From Schmidtea polychroa (lineage: Eukaryota), in contig CM097888.1 of the NCBI GenBank assembly GCA_044892525.1, positions 46,190,001 to 46,254,000 of the forward strand: 64,000 nt of DNA, given 5' to 3'. Below, piece after piece: positions 1-13,259 of the stretch. How positions within the stretch are numbered: position 1 is the stretch's first letter; each line of letters begins with the position of its first letter. A model generated the notes under the pieces. That model had not been told where the DNA came from. It saw nothing but the letters and a program-made list of their open reading frames with translations, and ran no database searches. The position numbers and the translations under genes are program-made.

Positions 1-823
1 TTAAAAAGCAATTTTATCCATCTACGCCTAAATGTCTTAAAAAATAAATGTGTTTGGTGATTATTTTATTTCTTTTTAGTTAAAAATATATATAACTTAC
101 ATTTTATTGAAATAATTCCAAATTCATAACATATCATAAAATACCTAAAAAAGCACCTGAAATTTAATTATCAATATATTATAAATGCTGATTACAAGTA
201 ATATTTAAGAGCTTGAAATCAAAATTCAAGCCTTAAAATATACTTAAATTTAAAAAACTTACTTCTAAAGCCATAAATAAAATTGAATTGAAAACGAAAA
301 AATGAAATAAACATTCTCATAAATGGTGAGTCATCGATTGATGAACACACCAACATGTATTATAGAGACTTTTAACATCTGGAATTAGGTGTAGGTGTAA
401 TAAAACTTTTAACTTTCGGAACATTAAATTTTTGCACACAGGTAAGTTTGTGCGTTATTATAGTATAATTTTATCGATTTTTTTTTAAATTATAGAAACT
501 TATATTTCGGATTAAGGTGTAAATAAAGAATTTGTGTGTCATATTCACGTCACATATTTTGTGGTTAAATAGAAAATACACCATAATACAATTAAATAAA
601 TATACTGTGCACATTTGTGATTTTGAAGATTGTAGAGATAATTTTCCATGTGTTTCGTGATCCTGACTACATGTCATTAAAACGTATGCATGCATCTATC
701 CGGTAGTATACATATTTTTTTGAATATGGAAATGGTGTAATAATATTCGATTTTAATTGTATTTTAGCTTTATTTTATCTTTCTCATTTACATTCCTTGT
801 ATCTTTTCATACTTTTTGAATAG

Positions 824-824
<1 letters not shown>

Positions 825-873
<49 letters not shown>
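825..873. repeat. (TA)n microsatellite, ~24 units
   Basis: Perfect TA run read directly. Confidence 0.95.
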
Positions 874-876
<3 letters not shown>

Positions 877-961
877 AATGCCAAAAGCCTTGCTCATGTT
901 TTCTGTCATTCATAAAATCAGTTTAAACAATATTAAGGGCTAGTTATTTTATTTTTTTCAG

Positions 962-1168
962 ATAAAACAGTGACGAATGTTGATGGTGATTACAAATCAT
1001 GTTTTAAATCCGATATTAAACCAGAAAGAGATGATAGTCATATGCATTACAATGATTGCGATTTTGCTGAAAAAACCTCTCACATTTCTGTTCAAGGAGA
1101 AGGCTTATTAAAAGCTTTTGAAAATATACCTGCTGAAATTCTCATAATCACAAATGGTCAAGGAACAG
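962..1168 (+). CDS. FLN: Filamin-like gene, first exon identified in window (gene probably starts further upstream)
   Basis: AG at 960-961, GT at 1169. Ends ISVQGEGLLKAFENIPAEILIITNGQGT, the start of a filamin Ig repeat. Phase 1 joins the next exon. Confidence 0.75.
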
Positions 1169-1751
1169 GTGAGTTTAATAGACTCATTAAATTTAAGTTT
1201 TTCATTAGTTTTTTTATTTAAAACATTTTTTTAATTCAAGTTTAAATTTTCAACAATTCCTTCAATAGTCATTGCACCAATGCTGCTTTTGTTATTGAAA
1301 TATTGTAATTTTCTTGAATTTTGACTCTAATTTTATTTAGAAATAAAGTACAATCTTCATCGATCAATCTCTTTATCATATGTTTTTCTGTTCATTGAGA
1401 TTTGTATTTCTTTCACCCCACTTGTCTTTGTAACTACTCGTATATTTTTCAATTATATCATAAATTGTAGTTCTTTACTGATGCAGTTGATACAATAATA
1501 CTGACTTGATTTCCATAGGGATATGATTCAATAACTCTTTGGCGAGCATCATTGTTTATAGTATTGTTTTTGCTGGCTCTAGAGACTTGATTTGCTATTC
1601 GAGTATCATGTAATCCATTGTCAATTTGTTGGAGTTCTGGTGTAATATCATGAATTGTATTGATAATATCCTTAATATTAGTTAGTTAAAAATAATTGTT
1701 TCCCAAAAAGTATATTAAGTACTTTTAATTTAATTAATTACAATTTATATA

Positions 1752-2630
1752 CAGGGCCGGTCCTAGAACATGCGGGGACCAAGGCAGCAAACGATGAGCG
1801 GGGCACATTCCCAAGGCAACAGACGAGGAGCGAGACCCTTGTGAAAATATTTTACATATATTAAAATAGTGGGAAATAAAAAATTAAATTACTTAAATTT
1901 TTATTCTATAACAGCGTTGCCACATCAATAATTACAGTTTTATTCATTTAACTGAAGATCATAAAACTCAAAAAAAATTAATAATTAAAATGTTTTGTTT
2001 TGGCATGCTAATTGACAGTTCATATATAACTCTACATTATAAACTATATACACTATAGCGTTGGTTTGGTTGTATCTTCTACTTCTACCTTGTTTTTACA
2101 ACTTACAAGCAAATCTTGCGAGCTTTGGTGGCTGCAAATCTGCAATAATTTTATTATTGTCAAGATCCTTAGCAACATCATTCTCAATTGACAAAATAGC
2201 TAAGTTACTGAGCTGATCTTGAATCATTGTTGATCCCATATAGGTTTTAATAAGTTTTAGTTTAAAAAACGCTAACTTTTTGATTAATGATTTCCAGCTC
2301 TGAAATCAATATTCACATAAGGCCCGGTATGGATAAAGTGCTATGCCAGTACGCCCCATGCTTATAATCTTAATATTAATGGTAATATTTCTAAATAAAT
2401 GTCATAATTGTCAGTGACAGATCGCAGATATTTAATTTTATTATATTAGTACGCTATTTTTCTAATTATTTTATCCTGAAAATTAAATATAGTTTTCTTG
2501 ATACTGTTGTTATATAAAAGACAAGTATTACGTAAAAGTATTAAAAATGTAAAAAGTAGTAAAAAATGCTTAGTCAAAGCGTGGGGCCCAAGGTGGTTGC
2601 TTTGTTCGCCTTGCTCTAAGGCCGGGCTTG
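1752..2630 (-). mobile_element. Non-autonomous hAT DNA transposon (internally deleted)
   Basis: Imperfect TIRs (CAGGGCCGGTCCTAGA vs revcomp CAAGCCCGGCCTTAGA); 8-bp TSD TTTATATA at 1744-1751 and 2631-2638; decayed hAT dimerisation motif KLKLIKTYMGSTMIQDQLSNLAILSIEN at ~2150-2270 on the minus strand. Confidence 0.85.
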
Positions 2631-2911
2631 TTTATATAAACTGGCTTTAATATTGTCTAAATTGATTTGAATATATTTGAATAAATTGAATTAAAAATTA
2701 GTTTAATTGACTTGAAAACCCATGTAAAAATCTTGTAATTTTCTGCAAAAATAATTTCTAAATATCATTAAAATTTATAGTTATTTTAGTTTAATTTGCT
2801 GAAAATGTTTGCTAGTAATTCAATATTGTAAATATTTGTAATATTTTTCTTGTTGAATATTTGATTATTCGATTATATTTTCTCCGTATTATGAAATAAA
2901 ACATTTTCTAG

Positions 2912-3085
2912 AAGGAATATCATTAACTATTGAGGGTCCATCAAAAACTGAAATAGAAACTACTAATTTAACTGATGGAAACTGTAGAATTGTATACGTT
3001 CCTCAATCACCTGGAGATTATGTACTTACCATTCAACAATATGATGAGCATATCAGTGGTTCTCCTTTTAGAATTACAGTAAAAC
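2912..3085 (+). CDS. FLN: Filamin-like exon (Ig repeat, resembles FLNA repeat 19)
   Basis: EGISLTIEGPSKTEIETTNLTDGNCRIVYVPQSPGDYVLTIQQYDEHISGSPFRITVK; AG/GTAAGT boundaries, phase 1/1. Confidence 0.9.
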
Positions 3086-3339
3086 GTAAGTAAATTGTTT
3101 TTGAAAATGAAGTAATTATGGCAGTAGTATAGTTAGAATTTTTCCCGCCCCTTTCATTGCAGATAAAATTTAGACATAGCAGTGATACTAAGTGATTTCG
3201 TCCCCCTATAATAAATTATTGTTGCGCCTCCCCTTTAAATTGGTTTCATAAAGTAAAAATTAAAAACGAGATTAAGAATGCAATTGATAACTTTATTTCC
3301 ATTTCACGTGTGAAAACAATGTTTTCTTAATCCAGTGCA

Positions 3340-4058
3340 ATGATTAAAGACAGAAATTTATAGAAAATCAGCTAAAACTGGTCTTTGTACTTATCCGGAA
3401 AGGTTTCGTAAATTTAAGTATAACAGAAATATGGTGAAAGAATTAATTTATCGTTCATTTTCTCCATAATCTAATTTTGCAAATTTAGTAAATAATGTTG
3501 AAAAATTGGTTGAATTGTTGAAGAAGAATGGGTATTCAAATTTTTTCATATTAATGATGATAAAAGAGACTGTTGATAAGTGTATTAAGAGTACTAATGA
3601 TCCATGTTTGAGAACGTCTCGGTGTAATTCGATTAGTGTGTAAATTAGATGATGAGTGTGTAAGGATGATGAGCCTAAATTTGTATGTTTTACAGATTGT
3701 AAGATAAACAAGTGGTTCAGCAATTTAAATTATAAGATTGTCGATAATTTATGTAAATCGCGCAACATGTTTAATAATAAATCTCAAATTCCATTTGGAT
3801 TATGTTCGGATCTCATTTATTAATTTACAATTTAATGGTTGTAATTCAAAATACCTCATCTATGTACTTGAGTTCTTGATCACTATTGATTGAAAGAATT
3901 GATCAATATTGGTGTAAACAATAATAAGGCCGTATGAGTAAAATAAGTATGGCTGGTTTTAAAATTTTATATAAATGTTTTAATAATTATTGAGAACGTG
4001 GGATGTGTGAAGCTTTGTTGATAGAATAGTTGACTCAGTAAAATAATGTGAAAAATAC
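3340..4058 (+). pseudogene. Decayed Penelope-like retroelement remnant (RT C-terminus/GIY-YIG region), interrupted by a Gypsy insertion
   Basis: Clear nucleotide similarity to the minus-strand Penelope at 10.3-11.3 kb (TEIYRK, KLVELLKKNGYS); many stops; 3' tail resumes after 7699. Confidence 0.7.
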
Positions 4059-7000
4059 TGTAATTACATAATTAAATTTGTTTTAATATGCTCAATTTAT
4101 GATTAAAATAGAATTTAAAAAACGTGTGTTTTCTTCTTGTCAATAAAACTACAAGCTATCGCGGCCATGTCATAGATAAGATGATACCTATTTTCAAAGG
4201 AGAAAGTGACATTCAACAGTGGATTCAGAAAGTGAAGCTAGTGGCAAAAATTCAAAAAATCGTGGAGGTGGAATCAATAATTCCTTTATACCTATATGGA
4301 CCAGTATATCAGCATTTGAGCGCGTAAGACAAGGGCAACGCATTGAAGATCGAAGATGCCTTAATCGATGTCTATTTGATAGATATGTTCCAAGCATATG
4401 ACCGATTCCGTGAACGAAAGTAGTGCAATGAGCCAATAGATGTCTATTTGAATGATCTCAAAAACTTAGCATCTCTGGCCAAGATAGAAAACGAGATCAT
4501 ACTTAAAAGAGCATTTATCATGGGTTTGCCAGTAGTGTCGTCACAATAGTTACGATCCAATGCCAATATTCGGCAGATGTTTCTTGTTGAGGTCTTGAAA
4601 CTGTCTCGTGTTTTAGTAAACTGTGACAGTATGGAACTGTGTTCGGATGTCGTGGGAAAATAAGACAAGCAAAAGAAATGCTCGTATTGCGGAAAGAATG
4701 ACCATTTAGAAGAACGTTGTTTCAAGAAACAAGGAAAAAGTGTTGGTTATGTGAAGAAGAGGGCCACATTGCAAAGGAGTGTACCAGGAATTCAGAGTCG
4801 GGAAATGCCAAAGGAGTAGCACGTGCACCAGCGTCTACTCTAGTACGAATACAATGGTGCTGCAATTTATTTCAGCCATAATCAATTGGGAGTCCGTGAA
4901 AGCATTGAACGACTCGGGATGTTCCAAATCAGTTGTGTCAGCCAGAATTACGAAAAAACGATTTATACTGAATGGGAGTATCATGACTGCAAATGGATCA
5001 CTAGTCAAGTGTATGCGTGATGTGAAAGTTCAGCTGATTGTTGGTGGTAGTTTATTGAGTTTTAATTGTGTCTCGTTGAAGCTACCACTTAATGTTGAAA
5101 TTATTTTAGAAATGGACGTAATAGAGATGCTGGGAGTTCTTAAAATTGACAAGACCGGTGTATCTTTTCCAGGTATTTCAGACGTATCGTGCGTGGCTGA
5201 GAATCAGTTAAATGAGAATTTGCGGATTGAAGATGGTGATTTTTCGGCAGCATTCAGTGACGGCAAGTGGACCGTGAAGTGGAAATGGAAAGCAAAACCA
5301 TCTGTACTATTGAATAGAATTTCAAATTATAAAATCGGAGGTTGAACGGTGGATTCAAGAAGGATGGCTAATTCCAACGAAAGACGTCGAGTATGGAAAA
5401 ATCCCGTTTTTGGCAATAGAGCAAGTAAATAAAGGAAAGTTCGTACGGTAATGGATTTTCGAGAACTAAATAAATATGTTAGTAGCCATATTGGACAAAG
5501 TGATGTATGTGGTCAATCATTAAGGCGATGGCGAATGATGGGCGAACAGGTTATGTTAATTGATCTTAAAAATTCTTATCTTCAGATCCATGTTGATGAA
5601 GACCTATGGGAGCACCAAAGGGTTAGTTACAAAGGGGATAGATACTTTCTAACGAGACTCGGTTTTGGTAAAAATGTGACTCCGGAAATAATGTCAGCGA
5701 TATTACGGAGGTACTGTGTTTGAGATAAGACATCAGGAAAGCAACGGATAGTTATATTGATGACATTATTGTCAACCAGTCAAGAATAAACGTCAATGAA
5801 TAAGCCATTAATAAGCCATTTAGCAGCATACAAGCTAATTGCAAAGCCACCAGAAGAGTTTGATGATGCAAGAGTGCTAGGTCTCCAGCTTCAAACAAGT
5901 ATTAACTGTCGTACGTGGTATCGTGGAAACATTTTGCCACACAGTGCGTTTACAACTATGTCACGAAGGGAGTTATTTTCCCTCTGCGGTCAACTCGTTG
6001 GGCACTATCCCGTTGCTGGATGGTTAACAGTATCAAGTAGCTATATAAAACGACACAGTGCTGGCAGTAAGTGGGATGATACGATTGGAAAAATCGCGTT
6101 AAAAATGGTTAACGAAATGAAGTATCGTGTGAAAGAGAACGGTGTCTAGTGAGTGGCACGTAAACAAGGAAGGATCTACGATTGTCTGGTGCGATGCGAG
6201 CAATCTAGCATTAGGAATAGTGTTAGAAATACCAGGAAAATTCGTCGAAAATGCATTATGGAAAAACGATTTTACTTATATAAACCTTGCAGAGTTAGAC
6301 GCTGTGATAAAGAGAATTAACTTAGCCATCAGCTGGGAAAAAGCAACTTAGTTGTAGTAACAGATTCCGCTACAGTCAGAAGTTAGATAGATTCAGTTTT
6401 AACGGATACTGTCAGAATCCGAACTCATGCAATTGCTGAGATGCTAGTCCGAAGACGTCTGTAGATCATTTGTGAATTACGAAAAAGCTATGACTTAACG
6501 ATCTCGGTTGAGTTTGTCCCGACAGATAAAGACAAAGCAGATGCACTCACAAGAGTCAGTAATAAATCTCTGGCATGGGTTAAATCGTGTGCCGAACCAA
6601 CTACAAGTACCGTAGCTGTTGTAAGCGAAGTGCTACGAGAAAGTCATAGACAGAACCATTTCGGTGTCAAGAAGACGTTGTATTTTGCAAAGCAACTTTG
6701 CCCGGACGCTACACTTGAGGATGTAAAGGCTATAATTGATGAATGTTCAGAATGTCAATCTATGGATCTGGCGCCTGTAAAATGAAAGCATGGAGAGCTG
6801 AGCGTTAAGGAGACGTGGAAGAGACTGGCTATGGATGTTACACACTATCTAAGTAAGCCTTATTTAACTATGATTGATTGTGGACCGAGTCGTTTCGCTA
6901 TGTGGAGAGAAATAAGAGTTGAAGACGCAGAGACCATTACACGGAATCTTGAACAGATCTTTAGAGAACGAGGTTCCCCTGATGAGCTGTTGATTGATAA

Positions 7001-7694
7001 TGCGACATCATCTCGGTTGATACAAATGAAAGTACTGTGTCGCAAATGGGATGTGAAATGTGTATTTCGATGTGCTTATCGGCCATCAGGCATAATAGAA
7101 CGAAACCATCGTACAATTAAACGCATGGCAGAAAGAACCAACAAGGGAATATTGGAAATGTTATATTGGTATAACCTAGCACCCAATGACAAGTGCAGAA
7201 CATCGCCGTCTTCATCCGTGTTTTCATATCGGTGGAGAGGAGTTGGCGCTTGTTATACAGAAGAGAAGACACAGGACACGTCATTCCAAGTTGACGATGC
7301 AGTTTACGTTAAACCACCAAACGCGAAGTGCACATCGACATTGAGCGAGGGGATTGTAACAAGGTAAATTCATCGACCAACTTCGACATCAACGGGATTC
7401 CGCGCCATTATTCCGACATACGACTGGGTGTCAACGAAGTATCAGTGGAGAACAACGACGATGATGGATTAACAGAGGTAGTCAATTCTATATTCAACTC
7501 ACTGCGCCGAGATGAACGTAGAGGCAGGGCCTGAAGACCTCGATATCTTGATTTTTTTGAAACCAGTTTTATCGAGAACGAAGAAGAAAATCACGCGGAG
7601 ATATAATTGCATAATTAAATTTGTTTTAATATGCTCAATTTGTGATTAAAATAGAATTTTAAAAACGTGTTTTCTTCTTGTCAATAAAACTACA
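4059..7694 (+). mobile_element. Degenerate Gypsy-type LTR retrotransposon with ~95-bp LTRs
   Basis: LTRs 4059-4153 and 7602-7694 (4 substitutions and a 2-nt indel); 5-bp TSD AATAC; purine tract before the 3' LTR; fragmented Gag with CCHC knuckles, PR (DSG), RT (YIDD ~5753), RNase H (WCDAS) and IN (ORF 6831-7367). Confidence 0.9.
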
Positions 7695-7914
7695 AATACT
7701 GTGAAAATTTTGTTTTAGAATGTTTTCAAATGTATTGAATTATTAAATTATTATGTTAAATAATTTCGTTTTCTAATAATTTTTAAAGTTTATAGATTGA
7801 TAGTTAAAATTAAAATTATTTTTTGTGTGCGAATGTTTAATAGTTTAATAATTTAATAGTTCTTTTAAATAACAATAATAATAGATTTGTAATTTGTTTA
7901 ATAAATCTATAATA

Positions 7915-10047
7915 CAGTGTGGTCTCTCGTATCCGCTCATCCTCGTATCCACCACGCTCTAATAACCGCCACATGAAAAAATTTTATATGAGAAAATTCT
8001 GATATCCACCTGTTTCTAATAATCGCCACACTTCTCTCGTATTTTTAACATAAAATTTCTTAAATTAATTTAAATGGATGGAATTTTCATTCTTTTTGTT
8101 ATAATATTATTAATTTCCTTGTTAATTGCATAATTTAAATTTAAATATTTAATTTTAACATTGTTGTTTCCATCTATTATTATTTACATTAATTTTTTTC
8201 ATTTTAGCCTAAAGATGACAAAAAGAAAATGTACAAGGTTGTCGATAAAAGAGAAAATTGATGTTCTGCGATATCTAAACATGAATAAACAGATATCTGA
8301 TAGTAAAGTTGCAGAGATATTTTCGATCAAGTTTAAAAAAACTATTTCTCGGCGCACAATTAATGACATTAAAAGAAATGAAAAAAAATTTTTATCAGAT
8401 ATAAATTCAGAATATGTAAATAATCATAAAATGCCTATCTTAAAGTATGAGTCCATTGACAGGCGTTTATCAGAATGGATAAATGAATTAGAGAAAGTGG
8501 GTGCAATTTTAAATGACGATTTATTGACTAATAAAGCATTAAAAATTGCCAACGATCTGAAAATAACAGAATTCAAAGCATCAAAAGGTTGGCTAAGAAA
8601 ATTTAAAGCACGTCACAGTTTGAAACTCAGAAGATTACATGGAGAATCATATGGTCAGGTTTCATCTGATTATAACAATTTTCTCGATTTCCTTTCAAAA
8701 AATATTAGTGAATATGGTAAAGAAAATGTTTACAATGCAGATGAAACGGGTCTTTTTTATAAATTAATTCCATCGAAAACAGTGTGTAAAAACATCCGAA
8801 CAGGTTTTAAATTATTAAAAGATCGACTTTCAGTGCTATTCTGTGTCAACATGACTGGCACCCACAAACACCAGCCTTTAGTCATTGGAAGATTTGAGAA
8901 ACCTCGTTGTTTCAAAAACTTTGATCCTTCATTTTTTGTAAATTATAAACATTCTATCAGATCCTGGATGACAGCTAAAATTTTTAACAACTGGCTTTTA
9001 GAATGGGATTTCAAATTAGGAAAAATATCTAAAAAGGTTTTATTGATAATTGACAATTGTCCTGCTCATAGAATAGACGTTGAATTAAAATCGATAGAGG
9101 TTATTTTTTTACCTCCTAATGCAACTGCTAAAATTCAACCATTGGATCAAGGTATAATTAAATCTTTTAAAACTCTGTTCTTATCTAAAAAGTTATGTGA
9201 CATTATAGAAAAAGTCGAAAGTGGAGTGGACACTTGTAATGCCTATAAAAAGCTATCCATCAAAGATGCTATACTTTTTATTTATTTTTCATGGAAGGAA
9301 GTTACCGAAATGTGTATCATCAATTGTTTTAGACATGCAAATTGGTACATGTCAGAGATAATTGAAAGTTCAAGTTTAGCTGAGGATTGTCATATTGAAA
9401 ATTACGATGAGTTCATTTCCATAGCTAATGTAACTGATCCTATAGGGGAAGATGAGTTTCTTCAAATAGAATTTAATGAAAATGATGTCTTATTAGAAGA
9501 AATAAACAATTTTGAGGAGGGTAATATTACAAGTGTCTGTGCTGATAAAAATGAGGTTGATGATTTAGCGGAAGATAAAGACACTGGTAATCCAAAAAAT
9601 ATCACTAAAAAAGAAGCTTATCAAGCTTTTCAAGTAATCAAAGATTTTTTCAATCAACCAGGAAAATTTGACGTTAATGGTGTTATTGGATTAAATGAAA
9701 TAAGCAAGGCCTTGAAAAAGGACGAAAAATGCAATTTAAGAAATTGGGTGATTAGAAAATAAATATTGCACAGTTAACACTTATTTTTATAAAAATGTAC
9801 ATAATTATTTCATAACAATCACGCATTTTTTGTAAAAATAAAATACGTTATTCATAAAATCGATTGGTTTTACCCAGATGAATAAATAAAGCAATTGATA
9901 TTATTAAATAAACTTTTGAATTTTGATTCGATTTTGTTATCTCAACATTTTTAAAAATGTTTTTTCGGATTCTAATATCCGCTATTTTCTAATATCCGCC
10001 ACGTTTTTTCAAAGTCCCATTTTTGGCGGATGTGAGAGACTTCACTG
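7915..10047 (+). mobile_element. Full-length pogo/Tigger-family DNA transposon
   Basis: ~22-bp imperfect TIRs CAGTGTGGTCTCTCGTATCCGC / CAGTGAAGTCTCTCACATCCGC; TA TSD; subterminal TATCCGC-like repeats. Confidence 0.92.
8215..9762 (+). CDS. pogo/Tigger transposase (CENP-B-type HTH and DDE_1; DD30D), 515 aa
   Basis: Uninterrupted ORF from ATG 8215; motifs FKASKGWLRKFKARH, YNADETGLF, LIIDNCPAH, IQPLDQGII. Confidence 0.92.
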   Translation: MTKRKCTRLSIKEKIDVLRYLNMNKQISDSKVAEIFSIKFKKTISRRTINDIKRNEKKFLSDINSEYVNNHKMPILKYESIDRRLSEWINELEKVGAILNDDLLTNKALKIANDLKITEFKASKGWLRKFKARHSLKLRRLHGESYGQVSSDYNNFLDFLSKNISEYGKENVYNADETGLFYKLIPSKTVCKNIRTGFKLLKDRLSVLFCVNMTGTHKHQPLVIGRFEKPRCFKNFDPSFFVNYKHSIRSWMTAKIFNNWLLEWDFKLGKISKKVLLIIDNCPAHRIDVELKSIEVIFLPPNATAKIQPLDQGIIKSFKTLFLSKKLCDIIEKVESGVDTCNAYKKLSIKDAILFIYFSWKEVTEMCIINCFRHANWYMSEIIESSSLAEDCHIENYDEFISIANVTDPIGEDEFLQIEFNENDVLLEEINNFEEGNITSVCADKNEVDDLAEDKDTGNPKNITKKEAYQAFQVIKDFFNQPGKFDVNGVIGLNEISKALKKDEKCNLRNWVIRK

Positions 10048-10289
10048 TATATATAGTTTTTTTATCCTATATTATGATGACAGTGTAACTGTCAAAATGT
10101 ATCGTAAACGTTTGCTTCGGTGACACTTTCTAATAATTAAAATATTATCATTTTTAATTCAATATTTGTTAGTTAATTTAGTGAAAATTTTTAAACAATT
10201 ATTATTTTTAAATAATTTTTAATAATCAATTATATTTAAACTTTTAAAATTATTAAAAATATTATTTTAATTATTTTTTTAATTATTTA

Positions 10290-11345
10290 ACATAACTGTT
10301 ATTCAATATACATCAACATACAAAAACTTAATTAAAACATTCAACACACATGTATTCACTGCATTCTGCACATTGATTTTAGAATTAAAAGTTCTTATCA
10401 ATAATGCTTCACATATCACACGCTCAAAACAATTATCAAATTTTTTGATAAGATTTTAAAATCAGACATTCCTAATTCATCCATACAGACTTTATTGTGA
10501 TCCTTAATATTGGACACTCCCTTCGGTCGACAGTGTTCTTGAACTCGAGTACAGAGATAACGGGAAGTCTCTCCAATGTATGTGGCATTACACCCATTAC
10601 ATGTGAATTGATAAACGAGATCCGAACACAATCCAACCGGCGTTTGAGATTTACTAACAAACATACTACGTACTTTGCACGATTATGAAACAATTCTATA
10701 ATTCAATTTACCCAGCTGTTTACCAATCTTTCTTTTGAAATCTTTATATCCTTCAGAATACGGCAATACCATCGTATATTTTGGCTCATCTTGTTTTTTA
10801 GTATCAATACTCATATTCACTACATCATTAGACATATTAGTCAATTTACATTCATTCATACTACGATCCTTAGCATTATTCATACATTTATCAACAGTCT
10901 CTTTCAACGTTAACAATAAAAACCATTTTGAGTAGCCATTCTTCACCAGTAATTCAACTAATTTATCTACACTTTTTACTGAATTTTTAAAAGTGGAAGA
11001 TAAGCACCATGATCGATAAACCAATCCTTTCACCATGTTTCTTTTATATTTAAATTCACAAAAACTCTCTGGGGTAGTATAGAGGCCTGTATCTGTTGGT
11101 TTTCTGTAAATTTCTGTCTCATATTGTTCATTTGTTTCTTTCAATGGGACATTAGTAAATAAACTACATACATCAAACGAAACCATATACTCATTAACAT
11201 TATTTTTATTCAATTGTCCTGTACATGATGCAAATTCAAAACTGCCCTTACATTCAAACTCAGATTTTATTAAGGGTTTTAATAATCCATCTAAATACTT
11301 CGCTATTTTATACTGTCAACTCATTTTTTTTAATTCTTCACATTT
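10290..11345 (-). mobile_element. Penelope-like element remnant (RT fragment and GIY-YIG endonuclease)
   Basis: VSFDVCSLFTNVPL fused by deletion to TEIYRKPTDTGLY; GIY-YIG motif LVYQFTCNGCNATYIGETSRYLCTRVQEH. Confidence 0.88.
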
Positions 11346-11415
11346 AGACATTGAATTTAATTTATTTCTTACTAAAATATTGTTGACAAATGATTGAAAA
11401 ATTCTTTGATTATAG

Positions 11416-11603
11416 CGAATGATATTGATAAAACCATGATCAGCACAATTTCAACAAGTAAAAAGGCTAAAGCTGAAGGGCAAGGACTAACTGATGCAGT
11501 TGTTGATTTTCCCAATCACTTTAACATCTATACAAAAGAAGCTGGTCCAGGTGGTTTATCATTATCTATTGAAGGGCCAAGTAAAGCTATCATTGAATTT
11601 AAG
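11416..11603 (+). CDS. FLN: Filamin-like exon (N-terminal half of repeat-21-like Ig)
   Basis: KAKAEGQGLTDAVVDFPNHFNIYTKEAGPGGLSLSIEGPSKAIIEFK; phase 1 acceptor, phase 0 donor GTAATT. Confidence 0.9.
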
Positions 11604-13259
11604 GTAATTTTAGTCACATTACACTCGTTTGCATGGAATAAAAAGTTATCGAAACACACAAACTTGCCCTGGTGTAAAAATTACATGTTCCAAGGAAAGG
11701 CTGAATTTTATAATTTTTATAATGAAATAATGAAATAATTTATTTAAATTTACGAATTGTGAATTTCTTTCTGCAAATTCTAATGGATTGTAATTTATTG
11801 AATAAATCTTAAATTGTCAGATTTCCACCTTCGCGAAAAGGCAATGTATCCTGAGAAATATCTGTAAATCTAAAGAGTTTATATTTTAAATTATTTTATA
11901 ATTGAATTTTACGATGTATTTTCTTCTTTTTCTCTGAAGCTCAATGTAGAGCTGTCGGATTCTAAATTAAAAGTATTTTCCTACAAAACTTTTTAATAAT
12001 TTCAAAATAATTATATTTTAACAATATGTTAACAATATGTTAATGGTTATTTATTTCGGAACAAAAAAAGCTCTAATAAATTTGCATGCATTTTTCATTA
12101 TGTATTTTGTGTTGGTGTGTTCAATTATTTTTCTCTCACTTTCACAAATCCTATAATAAAGCTTTTAGTGGTGGTTGGCGTGTAGAGCAATTGCTCACTT
12201 ACCAATTTAATGAATTTCATTTACTGAATTACTCATCATGAATGTACATGAATGTATTTTGGAAATTTATTTTAGCCATTTTACAAATGGCTTCCAGGTA
12301 AGATGTTTAATTTTAAGTAAATTTTAAGGCTTGAATTTTGATCCATATATGTATGAGATCATTTTGCAAGTTCTTAAATATTACTTTTAGTCAACAGTAG
12401 TTTTTTTAGGAATTTTATGACATATATTTTGAAACATTTTGGAATTATTTCGATATAATGTGAGTCAGATATATTTTTAATTATAATTAAATAAATAAAT
12501 CAATCACCAAAAATAAGTATTTTTCTAAAATATTTTGGGAAAAATCGCCCAGTATGAATAAAATAATTTTTTTAATATTTTCTGAGCTCAATATGAAGGG
12601 CTTCTTTCAGGAAATCAAATCTGGATTTAAAAGACATTGAACAAAATTCATCTACTCTTGATATTTTCATTAAAAATTTTTTTTAAAAATTTTCAGCGAT
12701 CATTTTTTTCTAAAAATTGTCTAAAATAAAGTTATTATAGGAAACGAATCTCAGTGGAGTTTGGCGTACACCGGTTTTCATGGAAATAACCACGGTGTAC
12801 AAACCAACTATGTTAATCATCATTTTTGTGATTATGTTTCTCAATTAGGAATTTTTTTAAACCATTTGCGAAAAGTATTTTTCATTATTCAATCGCGTAA
12901 ATATTACTTTTAAATTTTTAAAAATTTTAAATTAATTGTAACTTAATGAATAAATTACGTAATCATCTATTCGCTTTCGCAAGAGGGCAAAGTTTTTCCG
13001 AAATTTCAAAAATATCTGAAATGTTAAATTATTAAATCTATTAAAACTGTAAAATAAATCTTGCGAAGTTTGACTTTCTTCTACAAATGCGGAATTCCTT
13101 CCACTAGCAAATGATTGGCTGATTTTTTAAGGGTAAAAAGTAAATATTAAATAAAAATATTACAAATAAATAATTAATTAAAAAAATACAAATAAATTAA
13201 AATTGCAAAATAATAACTAATTATTTAATTATAAAATAGATTAATGTCAAAAATAATTT

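Noticed and set aside
389-441. Possible small upstream filamin exon ending at the strong donor CAG/GTAAGT (442)
   Set aside because: It is phase-compatible, but the peptide shows no filamin similarity and the acceptor is ambiguous.
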